NCBI GenBank assembly: GCA_963719225.1
Contig: CAVRAY010000001.1
Span: forward strand, 1,056,001-1,120,000
Length of the DNA: 64,000 nt
Source: Thermoanaerobaculia bacterium
Lineage (GTDB): Bacteria; Acidobacteriota; Thermoanaerobaculia; UBA5066
Reading direction: 5' to 3'
The notes beneath the pieces were generated by a model that ran no database searches, was not told where the DNA came from, and was given only the letters and a program-made list of their open reading frames with translations. Below are positions 1-12,305 of the stretch, piece after piece. The position numbers were made by a program, and so were the translations under genes. The stretch's first letter is position 1, and every line of letters starts with the position of its first letter.

Positions 1-473
1 AGGATCCGCCCGCTCGCGGGCGAGGTCCGGGCCACGAGGACCGAGCCATGGGCGTGCCGGACGACCTTCTCGGCGACCTCGCCGAGCCGCTGCGTCCTGA
101 GGCCCGACGCGCCGCTCCCCCCGACGACGACGAGGTCCGCACCCGTCTCCTGCGCGCGGGAGACGATCGAGGCGTAGGGCACGCCCTCGGCGATGTGCAC
201 CCCGGCTTCGGGAGGGGCGCCCTTCGTGATCGAGGCGACCCTCGCCGCCAGCTCGTCGCGCGCCTTCTCGCGTGCGGCGTCGAGAGCCGCGCGGGCGTCG
301 TCGCGATCGGCGAGATGGGCGAGACCAGGATTCCCGGCAAGGAGGTTGGAGACGACGTGGAGAACCTCGAGCGCCGCCTTGCGGCCTCGGGTGAACGCGG
401 CGGCCTGGCGGATCGCATAGTCGGCGCCCTCGCTCAGGTCGCTCGCGCACAGGACGCGGCGGATGGGGCTCAT
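1..473 (-). CDS. Universal stress protein (UspA family), 3' end outside window
   Basis: Hand translation from ATG at 473: MSPIRRVLCASDLSEGADYAIRQA...LEVLHVV...GVPYASIV...ADLVVVG...LGEVAEKVVRHAHGSVLVAR, matching Usp motifs. Confidence 0.85.
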   Translation of the reverse strand, partial: MSPIRRVLCASDLSEGADYAIRQAAAFTRGRKAALEVLHVVSNLLAGNPGLAHLADRDDARAALDAAREKARDELAARVASITKGAPPEAGVHIAEGVPYASIVSRAQETGADLVVVGGSGASGLRTQRLGEVAEKVVRHAHGSVLVARTSPASGRI

Positions 474-530
474 TTCTCTCCAGCCTACCATCCGCGCGGC
501 GAACGTTGCGCTTTGCGGAAGTCAGACACG

Positions 531-558
531 AAAAAAAGGGAGGCCGTCGGGCCTCCCC
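531..558 (-). terminator. Rho-independent terminator
   Basis: GGGAGGCC/GGCCTCCC hairpin plus A7 on + strand (U-tract on minus), downstream of 586-882. Confidence 0.75.
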
Positions 559-585
559 TCGGAATCGCCCCGGAGGGCGACCGTC

Positions 586-882
586 TCAGGCGACGAGCGT
601 CGTCGCGCTGATGTCGTAGGTCTCGACGCGCGGGATTCCCTCGAGGACGGGGTTGAGCTTCTCGACGACCTTCGGGTACGTCGAGGTCTGGTAGGCGTCC
701 GCGTGCTTGCGGTCATCCCAAAGGCTGATCCCGACGGCCGCGTTGCGGTTCACGAGCATCAGCTCCTGCTCGAAGCCTTCCTGCTTCTTGAGCATCGGGA
801 GGATTTCGTTCGCGAAGAGCGTGTTGAAATCCTTCTCACGGCCGTTCTTGATCTGGAAATGGACGTTGCGGGCAAACTTCAT
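586..882 (-). CDS. Small ABM-like (dimeric alpha-beta barrel) protein, copy 1
   Basis: MKFARNVHFQIKNGREKDF...LKKQEGF...GISLWDDRKHADAY, 98 aa; paralogue at 6803-7099. Confidence 0.75.
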   Translation of the reverse strand: MKFARNVHFQIKNGREKDFNTLFANEILPMLKKQEGFEQELMLVNRNAAVGISLWDDRKHADAYQTSTYPKVVEKLNPVLEGIPRVETYDISATTLVA

Positions 883-984
883 CTGGAAACCTGGTCCTGA
901 CTCCCTTGCCGGGGTTGACGAAACAGCAGACCTGCTGGACAGAAGGGGCCGGGCGCCGCAAGGGGAGGAACTCGACCCGAATTC

Positions 985-1013
985 AGTATGCCAGAAGGGA
1001 GATCGTTTGTCCA
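985..1013 (-). promoter_or_regulatory. Putative sigma70 promoter of ABM copy 1
   Basis: TGGACA-N17-CATACT on minus strand; same geometry in copy 2. Confidence 0.55.
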
Positions 1014-1017
1014 GCAA

Positions 1018-1737
1018 CTAATTCCGCGTGGACGGCCGCACACGAGCCGATCCGGCCTTGCCGGGAGCGACGCGCACGACCTCGGCGAGCTGCTCCTCGA
1101 GGACTCTCCGGAGCGTCGCGAAAGGAAGAGGCATCGTGAGGTAGTCGTCGACGCCGAAGTGCCGGAACGCCTCGTAGCGGTAGCCCGGCGCCGTGTAGAG
1201 CGGCGTCATGATCACGACGCGGATCGCCGAGGTCGCGGGATCGTTCTTGAGCATGCGGCAGAGCGCGCGCCCGTCGCCCTTCCGCAGAAGAGCGCGGGAA
1301 AGCACGAGGTTCGGCGTGTAGATGCGGGCGCTTGCGAGGGCCTCGTCACCCCGGGAGGCTTCGATGACGCCGTAACCGAGGGCGGAGACGGCGCGGACGG
1401 CGAAGCCTCGGACGTGCTTCTCGCTCTCCGCGACGAGCACGAGCGGCCGGGCGAGCGCGAGCGGGTCCGGATTCCGGATCGGGACGTCCTCGACGAAGTG
1501 CTCGGTTCGACGTCGCGCCCAAAGGCGCGCCGGAGCCGCGAGCCAGAAACCCTGTTTGTAGGACCGCGGCGCCAGGCAGAAGCATTTGAGACAGGCCGGG
1601 CAGCAAAGCGACTTCACGCGTGCGATGCAGCTGCACCACGCGGCTTCGAGGACGTCGAACGGGACCCGGCAGCTGTAGCAGATCGGCCGCCGGAGGTTTC
1701 CTCGCCCCCTTCGAATCCCCGGCGGATGCGCGCTCAT
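1018..1737 (-). CDS. Cys-rich N-terminal domain plus atypical receiver domain protein
   Basis: CYSC...WCSC...CCPACLKCFC followed by receiver-like sequence (LVLVAES, PNLVLSR, VVIMT, GVDDYLTMP); ATGA overlap with mscS stop. Confidence 0.7.
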   Translation of the reverse strand: MSAHPPGIRRGRGNLRRPICYSCRVPFDVLEAAWCSCIARVKSLCCPACLKCFCLAPRSYKQGFWLAAPARLWARRRTEHFVEDVPIRNPDPLALARPLVLVAESEKHVRGFAVRAVSALGYGVIEASRGDEALASARIYTPNLVLSRALLRKGDGRALCRMLKNDPATSAIRVVIMTPLYTAPGYRYEAFRHFGVDDYLTMPLPFATLRRVLEEQLAEVVRVAPGKAGSARVRPSTRN

Positions 1738-3491
1738 CGACACCCGTCGTTCTCCGGCCGCGGCGGGGACGCCTGCCGTTCCAGGGAGAAAAATCGGAAC
1801 GGCGGCGCCTCGTAGGCCTTCGGCCGCGAGGCCGGCGGGATCGTCACCTCGTTGCCGTCGCGCAGGCTGGAGTAGTGGGGCGACATGATCTCGATGCCCG
1901 CCTCGTTGAACTTGTCCTGGATGTTCGTGTGGAGGTCGGAGTACGTCGCGGCCATCCGGCTCGCCTCGTCCGTGTAGGCGTTTATCTCGTACGCGACGTA
2001 GAAATCGTCGAGACTCGTCTGGAAGACGAATGGCGGCGGTGTCTCGAGGACGTGCTCCGTCGCGCGGGCCGCCGCGAGGAGGGCCGCGTGCACGTCGCGC
2101 CAGGGGGCGTCGTAGCCGATCGTGACCGACGTGTTCAGGATCAGGCCCTTGTCGCGCGCCGACGTCGAGTAGTTGAGGATGTGGCTGCCGAGCACCATGC
2201 CGTTCGGAATCGTGATGTCGACGTTCTTGATCGTGCGCACGCGCGTCACGAGCAGGCTCTTCTCGACGACGTCGCCGACCGTGTCCGCGATCTTCACGCG
2301 GTCGCCGATCCGGAACGCCTTCGTGTACGTCAGGATCACGCCGGCGACGATGTTCGAGATGGCCGAGCTGGACGAGAGCGAGAAAAGGACGCCGAGGAAG
2401 AGGGACACCCCCTTGAACGCCGCGGACTGCGAGCCCGGGATGTAGGGAAACGCCACGACCACGGCGAAGGCGATGATCAGGAACCGGACGATGTCGTACG
2501 TCGGCGTCGCCCATTCGGGCTCGAACCTGGAGAGAGCGATCCGCCCGCTCTCGATTCCCATGAAGAAGAGCCGCACGAGCTTGAGGCCCCACCGCGTCAG
2601 GACGACGATCACGGCAAGGAAGAAAAGGTCCGGGAGGTACGCCACGAACGCGCTCCAGATCGACCGGAGCGGAGTCGTGACGTAGCCGAAGAGCGAGCCC
2701 ACCATCCCGCGCGTCCAGGGGAAGAAGCTCAGCACGAGCGGGAGGTACAGGAGGACAGCCGTCAGCGAAACGGCGAACCGCAGCACGCGCACGAAGAGCT
2801 TGAGCACCGCGGTCATGCGAGCCGCGCCGACGAGCTCCAGCTTCTGGACCCGAATCGCGGGGATCCGCGTCTCCCGCCAGGACTCCAGCCTTTCGAGCAC
2901 CGCCGGCGTGATCCTCGCGAGAGCGTAGAAGAGGAGCACGAGAACGGTCGTGGCCAGAAGCGCCCACAGCCCGTCGACGACGAGGGCCCGGGCGCCGGTC
3001 TCGGTGCGGGCTGCGTTGACCGCACGCTCGATGGCCCGGGCGCGATTCTCGGCGAGAACGTGTCGATCGGTCCCGGCCGCCGCCGCGTCCGAGTCGGAGA
3101 TCGTGGCGAGGACATGGTCTCCCGCGAGGATGTCGGTCGTCGTCTCGTTGTCGGCCAGGATCAACGCGAGGTCGCCGGCGTGCGGATCGTGCGCGAGCTT
3201 CTCGATGCGCCCGGCCGCCGCGGTAGCCCGCTCCCGCGCGCTGAACGGGCCGAGCCGTTCGGTGACGAGAAAGAGCGTCTTACCGTCGAAGACGACGGGC
3301 GCTCCCCCGGGTCCGGGCGCCGGCGCCGTGGACGTCGAGGCCGCGGGGACGCCGCCGCCGGGCGTCGGGGTCCCCTGAGGGTCCGCGCGTCCGGGACAGG
3401 GAAGGGCGAGGGCGACGGCCGTCAGGATGCTCGCGCGGAGGAAGTCCGCGGCCCGCCCGGAGCGCGAAGACGCCGTCGGGGGCGGGTTCAT
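1734..3491 (-). CDS. Mechanosensitive ion channel, MscS family
   Basis: SNIVAGVIL...FRIGDRVKIADTVGDV...TRVRT...ITIPNGMV...NYS; N-terminal signal-like segment. Confidence 0.9.
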   Translation of the reverse strand: MNPPPTASSRSGRAADFLRASILTAVALALPCPGRADPQGTPTPGGGVPAASTSTAPAPGPGGAPVVFDGKTLFLVTERLGPFSARERATAAAGRIEKLAHDPHAGDLALILADNETTTDILAGDHVLATISDSDAAAAGTDRHVLAENRARAIERAVNAARTETGARALVVDGLWALLATTVLVLLFYALARITPAVLERLESWRETRIPAIRVQKLELVGAARMTAVLKLFVRVLRFAVSLTAVLLYLPLVLSFFPWTRGMVGSLFGYVTTPLRSIWSAFVAYLPDLFFLAVIVVLTRWGLKLVRLFFMGIESGRIALSRFEPEWATPTYDIVRFLIIAFAVVVAFPYIPGSQSAAFKGVSLFLGVLFSLSSSSAISNIVAGVILTYTKAFRIGDRVKIADTVGDVVEKSLLVTRVRTIKNVDITIPNGMVLGSHILNYSTSARDKGLILNTSVTIGYDAPWRDVHAALLAAARATEHVLETPPPFVFQTSLDDFYVAYEINAYTDEASRMAATYSDLHTNIQDKFNEAGIEIMSPHYSSLRDGNEVTIPPASRPKAYEAPPFRFFSLERQASPPRPENDGCR

Positions 3492-3594
3492 GGCGAAAAA
3501 GATATCACGTGCGGGCCGGAGAACTTCCGTTCCGGACGTGCAGGTCCCTCCGGGGAAACGGGATCTGGCCCGGCACACACGATAGGATGGTTTC

Positions 3595-4476
3595 GTGAAA
3601 CGGATCCGCGTCGCGACGCTCCAGTACTTCATCCGGCCCGTCGCGACGTTCGACCAGTTCCGCGACCAGGTCGCCGGGCTCGTCGACACCGCGAAGGACT
3701 ACCGCTGCGACCTCCTCGTGTTCCCGGAATACTTCACGCTGCAGCTCCTGACCCTCGGCGACGTCCGCCGCCCGATCCGGGAGCAGGTCCGGGGGCTCTC
3801 CGGCCAGGCGCCGCGGTTCCTGGAGCTCATGGAGAGCCTCGCCCGGAGCTCCGCGATGCACATCGTGGCCGGCACGATCCCGATGGAGCGCGACGGCCGC
3901 ATCCGGAACGTCTCGCACGTCTTCAGCCCGGGCGGCGGGCACGGAGAGCAGGGCAAGCTCCACATGACGCGTTTCGAGTCCGAGGAATGGGGTGTCGTTC
4001 CGGACGTCAACCTCCGGGTGTTCGAGACCTCCTTCGGCCCTCTCGCGATCGCCGTCTGCTACGACGTGGAGTTTCCGGAGGTCGCCCGCGTCGCCGCGCG
4101 AAGCGGAGTCCACATCCTCGTGGTGCCGAGCTGTACGGACGACCGCCAGGGCTATCTGCGCGTGCGGTACTGCGCGCACGCCCGCGCGATCGAGAACCAG
4201 ATGTACGTCGTCCAGTCCTCGACCGTCGGGTCGCTTCCGATGGTGCCCGCGGTGTCGCTGAACTACGGACAGGCCGTGATCGTGACGCCGAGCGACTTCG
4301 CGTTCGCGCGCGACGGCATCCTCGCCGAGGGCATTCCGAACCAGGAGACGATGGTCATCGGAGAGCTGAACCTCGAGACGATCGCGGAGAGCCGCAAGAC
4401 GGGGACCGTCCTGCCTCTCCGGGACAGTCAGGAGACGGCCGAGGTCGTGTCCCGTCTGGAGCGGGTGGTGCTTTGA
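3595..4476 (+). CDS. Carbon-nitrogen hydrolase family protein
   Basis: VFPEY, KLH and VCYDVEFPE triad motifs. Confidence 0.9.
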   Translation: MKRIRVATLQYFIRPVATFDQFRDQVAGLVDTAKDYRCDLLVFPEYFTLQLLTLGDVRRPIREQVRGLSGQAPRFLELMESLARSSAMHIVAGTIPMERDGRIRNVSHVFSPGGGHGEQGKLHMTRFESEEWGVVPDVNLRVFETSFGPLAIAVCYDVEFPEVARVAARSGVHILVVPSCTDDRQGYLRVRYCAHARAIENQMYVVQSSTVGSLPMVPAVSLNYGQAVIVTPSDFAFARDGILAEGIPNQETMVIGELNLETIAESRKTGTVLPLRDSQETAEVVSRLERVVL

Positions 4477-5129
4477 CCGCCGGAGTCGACGTTCGCCGGA
4501 TGCGCGCCGAGGACATCCCCGGGATCATCGCGCTCTGCCAGCGGGTCTACCCGCACTCCGCGCCGTGGACGCCCGAGCAGCTCGAGTCGCATCTGAGGGT
4601 CTTTCCCGAGGGCCAGCTCGTCGCCGTGGATCCGGTCTCGGGCGCCGTCGTCGGGATGGCGGCGAGCCTCGTCGTCTACTGGGACGACTACGACCTCTCG
4701 GCGTCGTGGCGGGACTTCACGGACCACGGCATGTTCACGAACCACGATCCCGAGCGGGGGCGGACGCTCTACGGGGCGGAAGTGATGGTGGACCCGGACC
4801 AGCGCGGCCGCGGAATCGGCAGCGCCCTCTACGGGGAGCGGCGCCGTCTGACCGTTCATCTCGGCCTCCTCCGCATCCGGGCGGGCGCGCGGCTGCGCGG
4901 CTACGGCCGCCACGCGTCGTCGCTTATGCCGGAGCAATACGTCCGGAAGGTCGAGTCCGGGGAGCTCTACGACGCGACGCTCTCGTTCCAGCTCGAGCAC
5001 GGGTTCTCCGCTCTCGCCGTCGTGCGGAACTACCTCCTGAACGACCCGGAGAGTCTCGGCTGGGCCGCCGTGATCGAGTGGCTGAATCCGAAAGCGACCC
5101 CGGAGGCCGGCCGCATCCCCCTGCGCTAA
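4473..5129 (+). CDS. GNAT family N-acetyltransferase
   Basis: FPEGQLVA...VMVDPDQRGRGIGSALY...YDATLSFQL; TTG start overlaps upstream stop. Confidence 0.85.
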   Translation: MTAGVDVRRMRAEDIPGIIALCQRVYPHSAPWTPEQLESHLRVFPEGQLVAVDPVSGAVVGMAASLVVYWDDYDLSASWRDFTDHGMFTNHDPERGRTLYGAEVMVDPDQRGRGIGSALYGERRRLTVHLGLLRIRAGARLRGYGRHASSLMPEQYVRKVESGELYDATLSFQLEHGFSALAVVRNYLLNDPESLGWAAVIEWLNPKATPEAGRIPLR

Positions 5130-5139
5130 TCTGCGCGGC

Positions 5140-6699
5140 GTGCGTCCGGAGCTCGTCGTCCTCCTCCTGTTCACGCTCGCGACCGCCGTCGCGCTCCTCG
5201 CGCGCCAGATCCGCCTCCCGTACACGGTCGCCCTCGTCGTCGCGGGTCTCGTCTTCGGGTCTCTCCGGCTCGTCGAGCCCCCGCACCTCACGCAGGAGCT
5301 CCTCTACGCCCTGATCCTCCCGGGTCTCCTGTTCGAGGCCGCGTTCCACCTGCGGTCCTCCGAGGCGTGGCGGAACCGCCTCGCGATCAACGCGCTCGCG
5401 GTGCCCGGCGTCGTGGCCGGGATCGTCGTCACGGCGGGGATCCTGCTCGCCTTCTCCCGCGCAGGAGGCCTCCTCGGCCCGATAACGGTCGGGCAGGCAG
5501 TCGTCTTCGGCGCTCTGATCGCCGCGACCGACCCGATCGCTGTCGTGGGCCTGTTCCGCTCGCTCGGCGCTCCCGCGCGGCTTCGTGCCATCGTCGAGGG
5601 AGAGAGTCTTCTCAACGACGGGACGTCGCTCGTGCTCTTCACGCTCGCCCTCGGCTACGCGGCCGGGCGCCCGGTGTCCATCGCCGGAATCGCGGTCGAC
5701 TTCGTCCGTGTCGCCGGGACGGGCCTCGGCGTGGGCATCCTCGTCGGCCTCGCGGCCTCGAAGATCATCCAGCAGGTGGACGACCCGATGATCGAGATCA
5801 CGCTCACGACGATCGCCGCCTACGGCTCGTTCGTCGCGAGCGAGGCCGTCCACGGCTCGGGGGTCCTCGCGACGGTCGCCGCCGGCATGCTCTGCGGGAG
5901 CTATGGCGCGCGCACCGGGATGAGCCCGACGACGCGCGTCGCGACCGAGACCTTCTGGGAGTACGTCGCGTTCGCGCTCAACTCCGTCGTGTTTCTCCTG
6001 ATCGGTTTCGAGATTCACGTCCGGGACCTGCTCGGCTCATGGAAGGTGATTCTCGCGGCGTGGGCGTCGGTCCTCGCCGCCCGCGGCCTCGTCGTCGCCG
6101 TGGTCTCCGCCGGCCTGCGCGGGACACGCGAGAGACTCCCGTGGCGCTGGAGCGTCGTGATCGGATGGGCCGGCCTGAGGGGCGCGCTCTCCATGGTGCT
6201 CGTCGTCGGCCTCGCGCGCTCCTTTCCGGGGCGCGATCTCCTCGTCACGATGACGTTCGGCGTCGTCCTCCTGACGCTGCTCGTACAGGGCCTCACGATG
6301 TCCGCGCTCCTGAGGGCCCTCGGGCTCGCGCGCGAGTCCGGCGGGCGCGCCGCCTACGAGCTCGAGCGGGGCCGGCTTTCGGCCGTACACGCCGCACTCG
6401 CCCAGCTCGAGGAGATCCGGCACGCGCGCGAGGCGCACTCGAAGACGCTTGACGCCCTCCGGAGCGAGTACGCCGCGCGGTCCGGCGAGATCGAGGAGAG
6501 GATGACGAGGCTCTTCCAGGGGAGGGAAGCTCTGCAGCTCGAGGAGCAGAACGCCGTCGCGCGCCACCTCGTGCAGGTCGAGAAAGATGCCGCCATGGAG
6601 GCCCTGCGGAAGAACGCCATTGGGCACGACGCCTACCGGAAGCTTCTCGCGGAACTCGACGCAAGGCTCCTGAAGCTCGACGAGCGGTTCGAGGACTAG
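5140..6699 (+). CDS. Na+/H+ antiporter (CPA1 family)
   Basis: ATDPIAV, EGESLLNDG, GLRGALS motifs; many TM segments. Confidence 0.92.
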   Translation: MRPELVVLLLFTLATAVALLARQIRLPYTVALVVAGLVFGSLRLVEPPHLTQELLYALILPGLLFEAAFHLRSSEAWRNRLAINALAVPGVVAGIVVTAGILLAFSRAGGLLGPITVGQAVVFGALIAATDPIAVVGLFRSLGAPARLRAIVEGESLLNDGTSLVLFTLALGYAAGRPVSIAGIAVDFVRVAGTGLGVGILVGLAASKIIQQVDDPMIEITLTTIAAYGSFVASEAVHGSGVLATVAAGMLCGSYGARTGMSPTTRVATETFWEYVAFALNSVVFLLIGFEIHVRDLLGSWKVILAAWASVLAARGLVVAVVSAGLRGTRERLPWRWSVVIGWAGLRGALSMVLVVGLARSFPGRDLLVTMTFGVVLLTLLVQGLTMSALLRALGLARESGGRAAYELERGRLSAVHAALAQLEEIRHAREAHSKTLDALRSEYAARSGEIEERMTRLFQGREALQLEEQNAVARHLVQVEKDAAMEALRKNAIGHDAYRKLLAELDARLLKLDERFED

Positions 6700-6745
6700 A
6701 GCTCTTGACGGTCGGAAAGAAGGCGGACGGTTCCGGGACCCCGGG

Positions 6746-6779
6746 AAAATGCGGGAGGCCCAGGGGCCCCCCGCATTTC
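6746..6779. terminator. Hairpin terminator between convergent genes
   Basis: AAATGCGGGAGGCCC...GGGCCCCCCGCATTT inverted repeat. Confidence 0.6.
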
Positions 6780-6802
6780 GTCACGACCCGCCTCGCGTAC
6801 GG

Positions 6803-7099
6803 TCAGGCCGGGAGGGTCGACATGCCCACGTCGTACGTTTCGACGCGCGGGCTCCCCTCGAGCAGCGGAGTGAGCTTCTCGACGATCTTCGGGAACGTCG
6901 CGGTCTGGTAGGTGTCCGCGTACTTGCGGTCGTCCCAGAGGCTGATCCCGACGGCGACGTTGCGGTTCACAAGCATCAGCTCCTGCTTGAAGCCTTCCTG
7001 CTTCTTGAGGAGAGGGAGAACTTCGTTCGCGAAGAGCGTGTTGAAGTCCTTCTCGCGGCCGCTCTTGATCTGGAAATGGACATTGCGGGCAAACTTCAT
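6803..7099 (-). CDS. Small ABM-like protein, copy 2
   Basis: MKFARNVHFQIKSGREKDF..., 98 aa, highly similar to 586-882. Confidence 0.75.
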   Translation of the reverse strand: MKFARNVHFQIKSGREKDFNTLFANEVLPLLKKQEGFKQELMLVNRNVAVGISLWDDRKYADTYQTATFPKIVEKLTPLLEGSPRVETYDVGMSTLPA

Positions 7100-7199
7100 C
7101 TTGAAATGGTCCTGACTCCCTTGCACCTGGTTGACGAAATCGCAGGCCTGCGCGACGAGGGACCGCGCACCGCAAGGGGAAGGCGCTCGGTCCGAGGTC

Positions 7200-7228
7200 A
7201 ACGTATCAAAGGAGAGATCGTATGTCCA
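7200..7228 (-). promoter_or_regulatory. Putative sigma70 promoter of ABM copy 2
   Basis: TGGACA-N17-TACGTT on minus strand. Confidence 0.55.
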
Positions 7229-7559
7229 GCAACGGATTTTGGGCGCTTCGAGCCTCGCGCTCGACGCCCTCGCAGACGATCGAGCAGATCCGCAGGAGCG
7301 TCGGGTCGGCGATTCTGTAGACGGCGCGCGTGCCGTCCTTGCGGCGGCCGACGAGCGACGAGCGGTGGAGGACGGCGAGGTGCTTGCTCACGTTCGCCTG
7401 CGTCCCGCCGACCTCGTCCACGATCTCGCCCACCGAAGATTCGCCGCGCGCGAGACGGCGCAGGATCTTGAGCCGCATCGGCTCCGAGAGCGCGCGGAAC
7501 CGCGACGCGACCTCCTCGCAGCCGGCGTCCGTCAGGGGAAGGTGCGCCTTCATCGCCAT
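7206..7559 (-). CDS. ArsR/SmtB family transcriptional regulator
   Basis: FRALSEPMRLKIL...SVGEI...TQANVSKHLAVL...RKDG..VYRI. Confidence 0.9.
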   Translation of the reverse strand: MAMKAHLPLTDAGCEEVASRFRALSEPMRLKILRRLARGESSVGEIVDEVGGTQANVSKHLAVLHRSSLVGRRKDGTRAVYRIADPTLLRICSIVCEGVEREARSAQNPLLDIRSLL

Positions 7560-7567
7560 ATGGCGAC

Positions 7568-7845
7568 TCAGGCGTCCCAGGACTCGAGGGTCCAGGTGAT
7601 GACGTGGGGACAGGGCCCGGCGCCCGGCAGCGCCTTGAGAGCCGCGCGCAGTTTCGGGACCTCCTCGTCCGCGACGAAGGACATGATGATCGTCGACGTC
7701 TTCGGGAACGCCGCCGAGCCGAGGTGCCGGCCCGACGACCCGACGCCCCGGGCGTCGACTTCGGTGTAGCCGGTCGCCCCGGCGCGCTCGAGGGCGATCT
7801 CGACGTCCTCGCGGCAGGCGGTGCCGGCGACGACCATGAGCATCT

Positions 7846-7849
<4 letters not shown>
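7568..7849 (-). CDS. PII-like (GlnB-fold) small protein
   Basis: MKMLMVV...GATGYTEVDARGVGSSG...; GTG start overlaps RND stop. Confidence 0.65.
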
Positions 7850-11114
<3,265 letters not shown>

Positions 11115-11118
<4 letters not shown>

Positions 11119-12305
11119 CGGGCGGTTCCCTTCGCCCCGGCGTCTTTCGGTTCTGCGACGGGCGCACCGTCCGCGGGCGGCGCCGTGAGGCCGACGAGAA
11201 CCGTCTCGCCGCCGGAGAGGCCGGAGAGAATCTCGATCTTCCCGCCCTGCGAGGCGCCGGTTGTGACGATGCGGGTACGCGCCTTGCCTGCGTCGTCCTT
11301 CACGGCGACGAGGGTGACTCCGCCGCTCGCGAGAACGGCGCTCTCGGGAACGAGAACCGAGGAGCGGACGGCGGTCTCGAGCGTCGCGCGGCCCGTGAGG
11401 CCGGTCGCAGCGGGCGAGCCGGACAGCTCGAGCGTCACCGTGTAGGTGTGGGTGGCGGAGTCGGCGCCGGGCGACATCTCGACGACCGTGCCCGTCATGC
11501 CGGCGGCCACGCCGTCGATCCGGACGGGCAGCTTCTGCCCTGCCTTGAGGCCGGACGCGGCGACGGTCCCGGCCGGGACCTGCACGACGAGGCGGCGGCC
11601 CGTCGCGGATTCGATCGTGACGAGCGGGCGGCCCGGAGCGGCGAGGTCGCCGGCCTCGACGAGGCGAGAGGCCACGCGGCCGGCGAACGGCGCCGTGACG
11701 CGGGACTCCCGTGCGACGGAGGAGGCTGCGTCAACCGCTCCTTCGCCCTGCTGGACGGCGCCCTTCGCCTGCTCGTACTGCATCCGGTTCATGTCGAGCT
11801 CGAGCGGCGAGGCGGAACCCGAGGCCGCGAGGGCCTTGTAGCGTTCGTAGTTGCGCTCGGCGAGGGAGAGCGCCGCGCGAGCCTGCGCGAGCGCGCCCCT
11901 CGCCTGAGCCTCCTGGCCCTTCGCCGTCTGCGGGTCGATCTCCACGAGGACGTCGCCGGCGGCGACGGACTGGCCGACGCGCGCCCGCACCGCCACGACG
12001 TTCGCCGTGACGCGCGATGAGACGGCGGCGGAGCGGTCGGCCGTGACGGTGCCGTAGAGAGTCAGGCGGTCCGGCTGCGAGGCCCTCTCCACTGTTGTTG
12101 TGGCAGCGGATACGGGAGGAAGAGGAGGATTTTTCTTAGAAGGTGAATGCGGGGAGCCGCAGGCGCCCAGCGAAGCCGCGCCCGCGGTGACGAGGCCCAA
12201 TACCACCGTCAAAGGAACTCCGGGTCTTCCGGTCTTCACCTTCGAAGAAAATCCGAATCCGAATCCGATCTTGGTCCCGATCTTTCTCAATCCGATCACC
12301 CTCAC
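11115..12305 (-). CDS. RND periplasmic adaptor (membrane fusion) subunit
   Basis: GQSVAAGDVLVEID, VTAPFAGRV, VEAGDLAAPG motifs; start codon uncertain. Confidence 0.88.

Noticed and set aside
1620-5129. 1169-aa ORF on + strand
   Set aside because: Mostly antisense shadow of mscS and off-frame overlap; only 4473-5129 (GNAT) is credible
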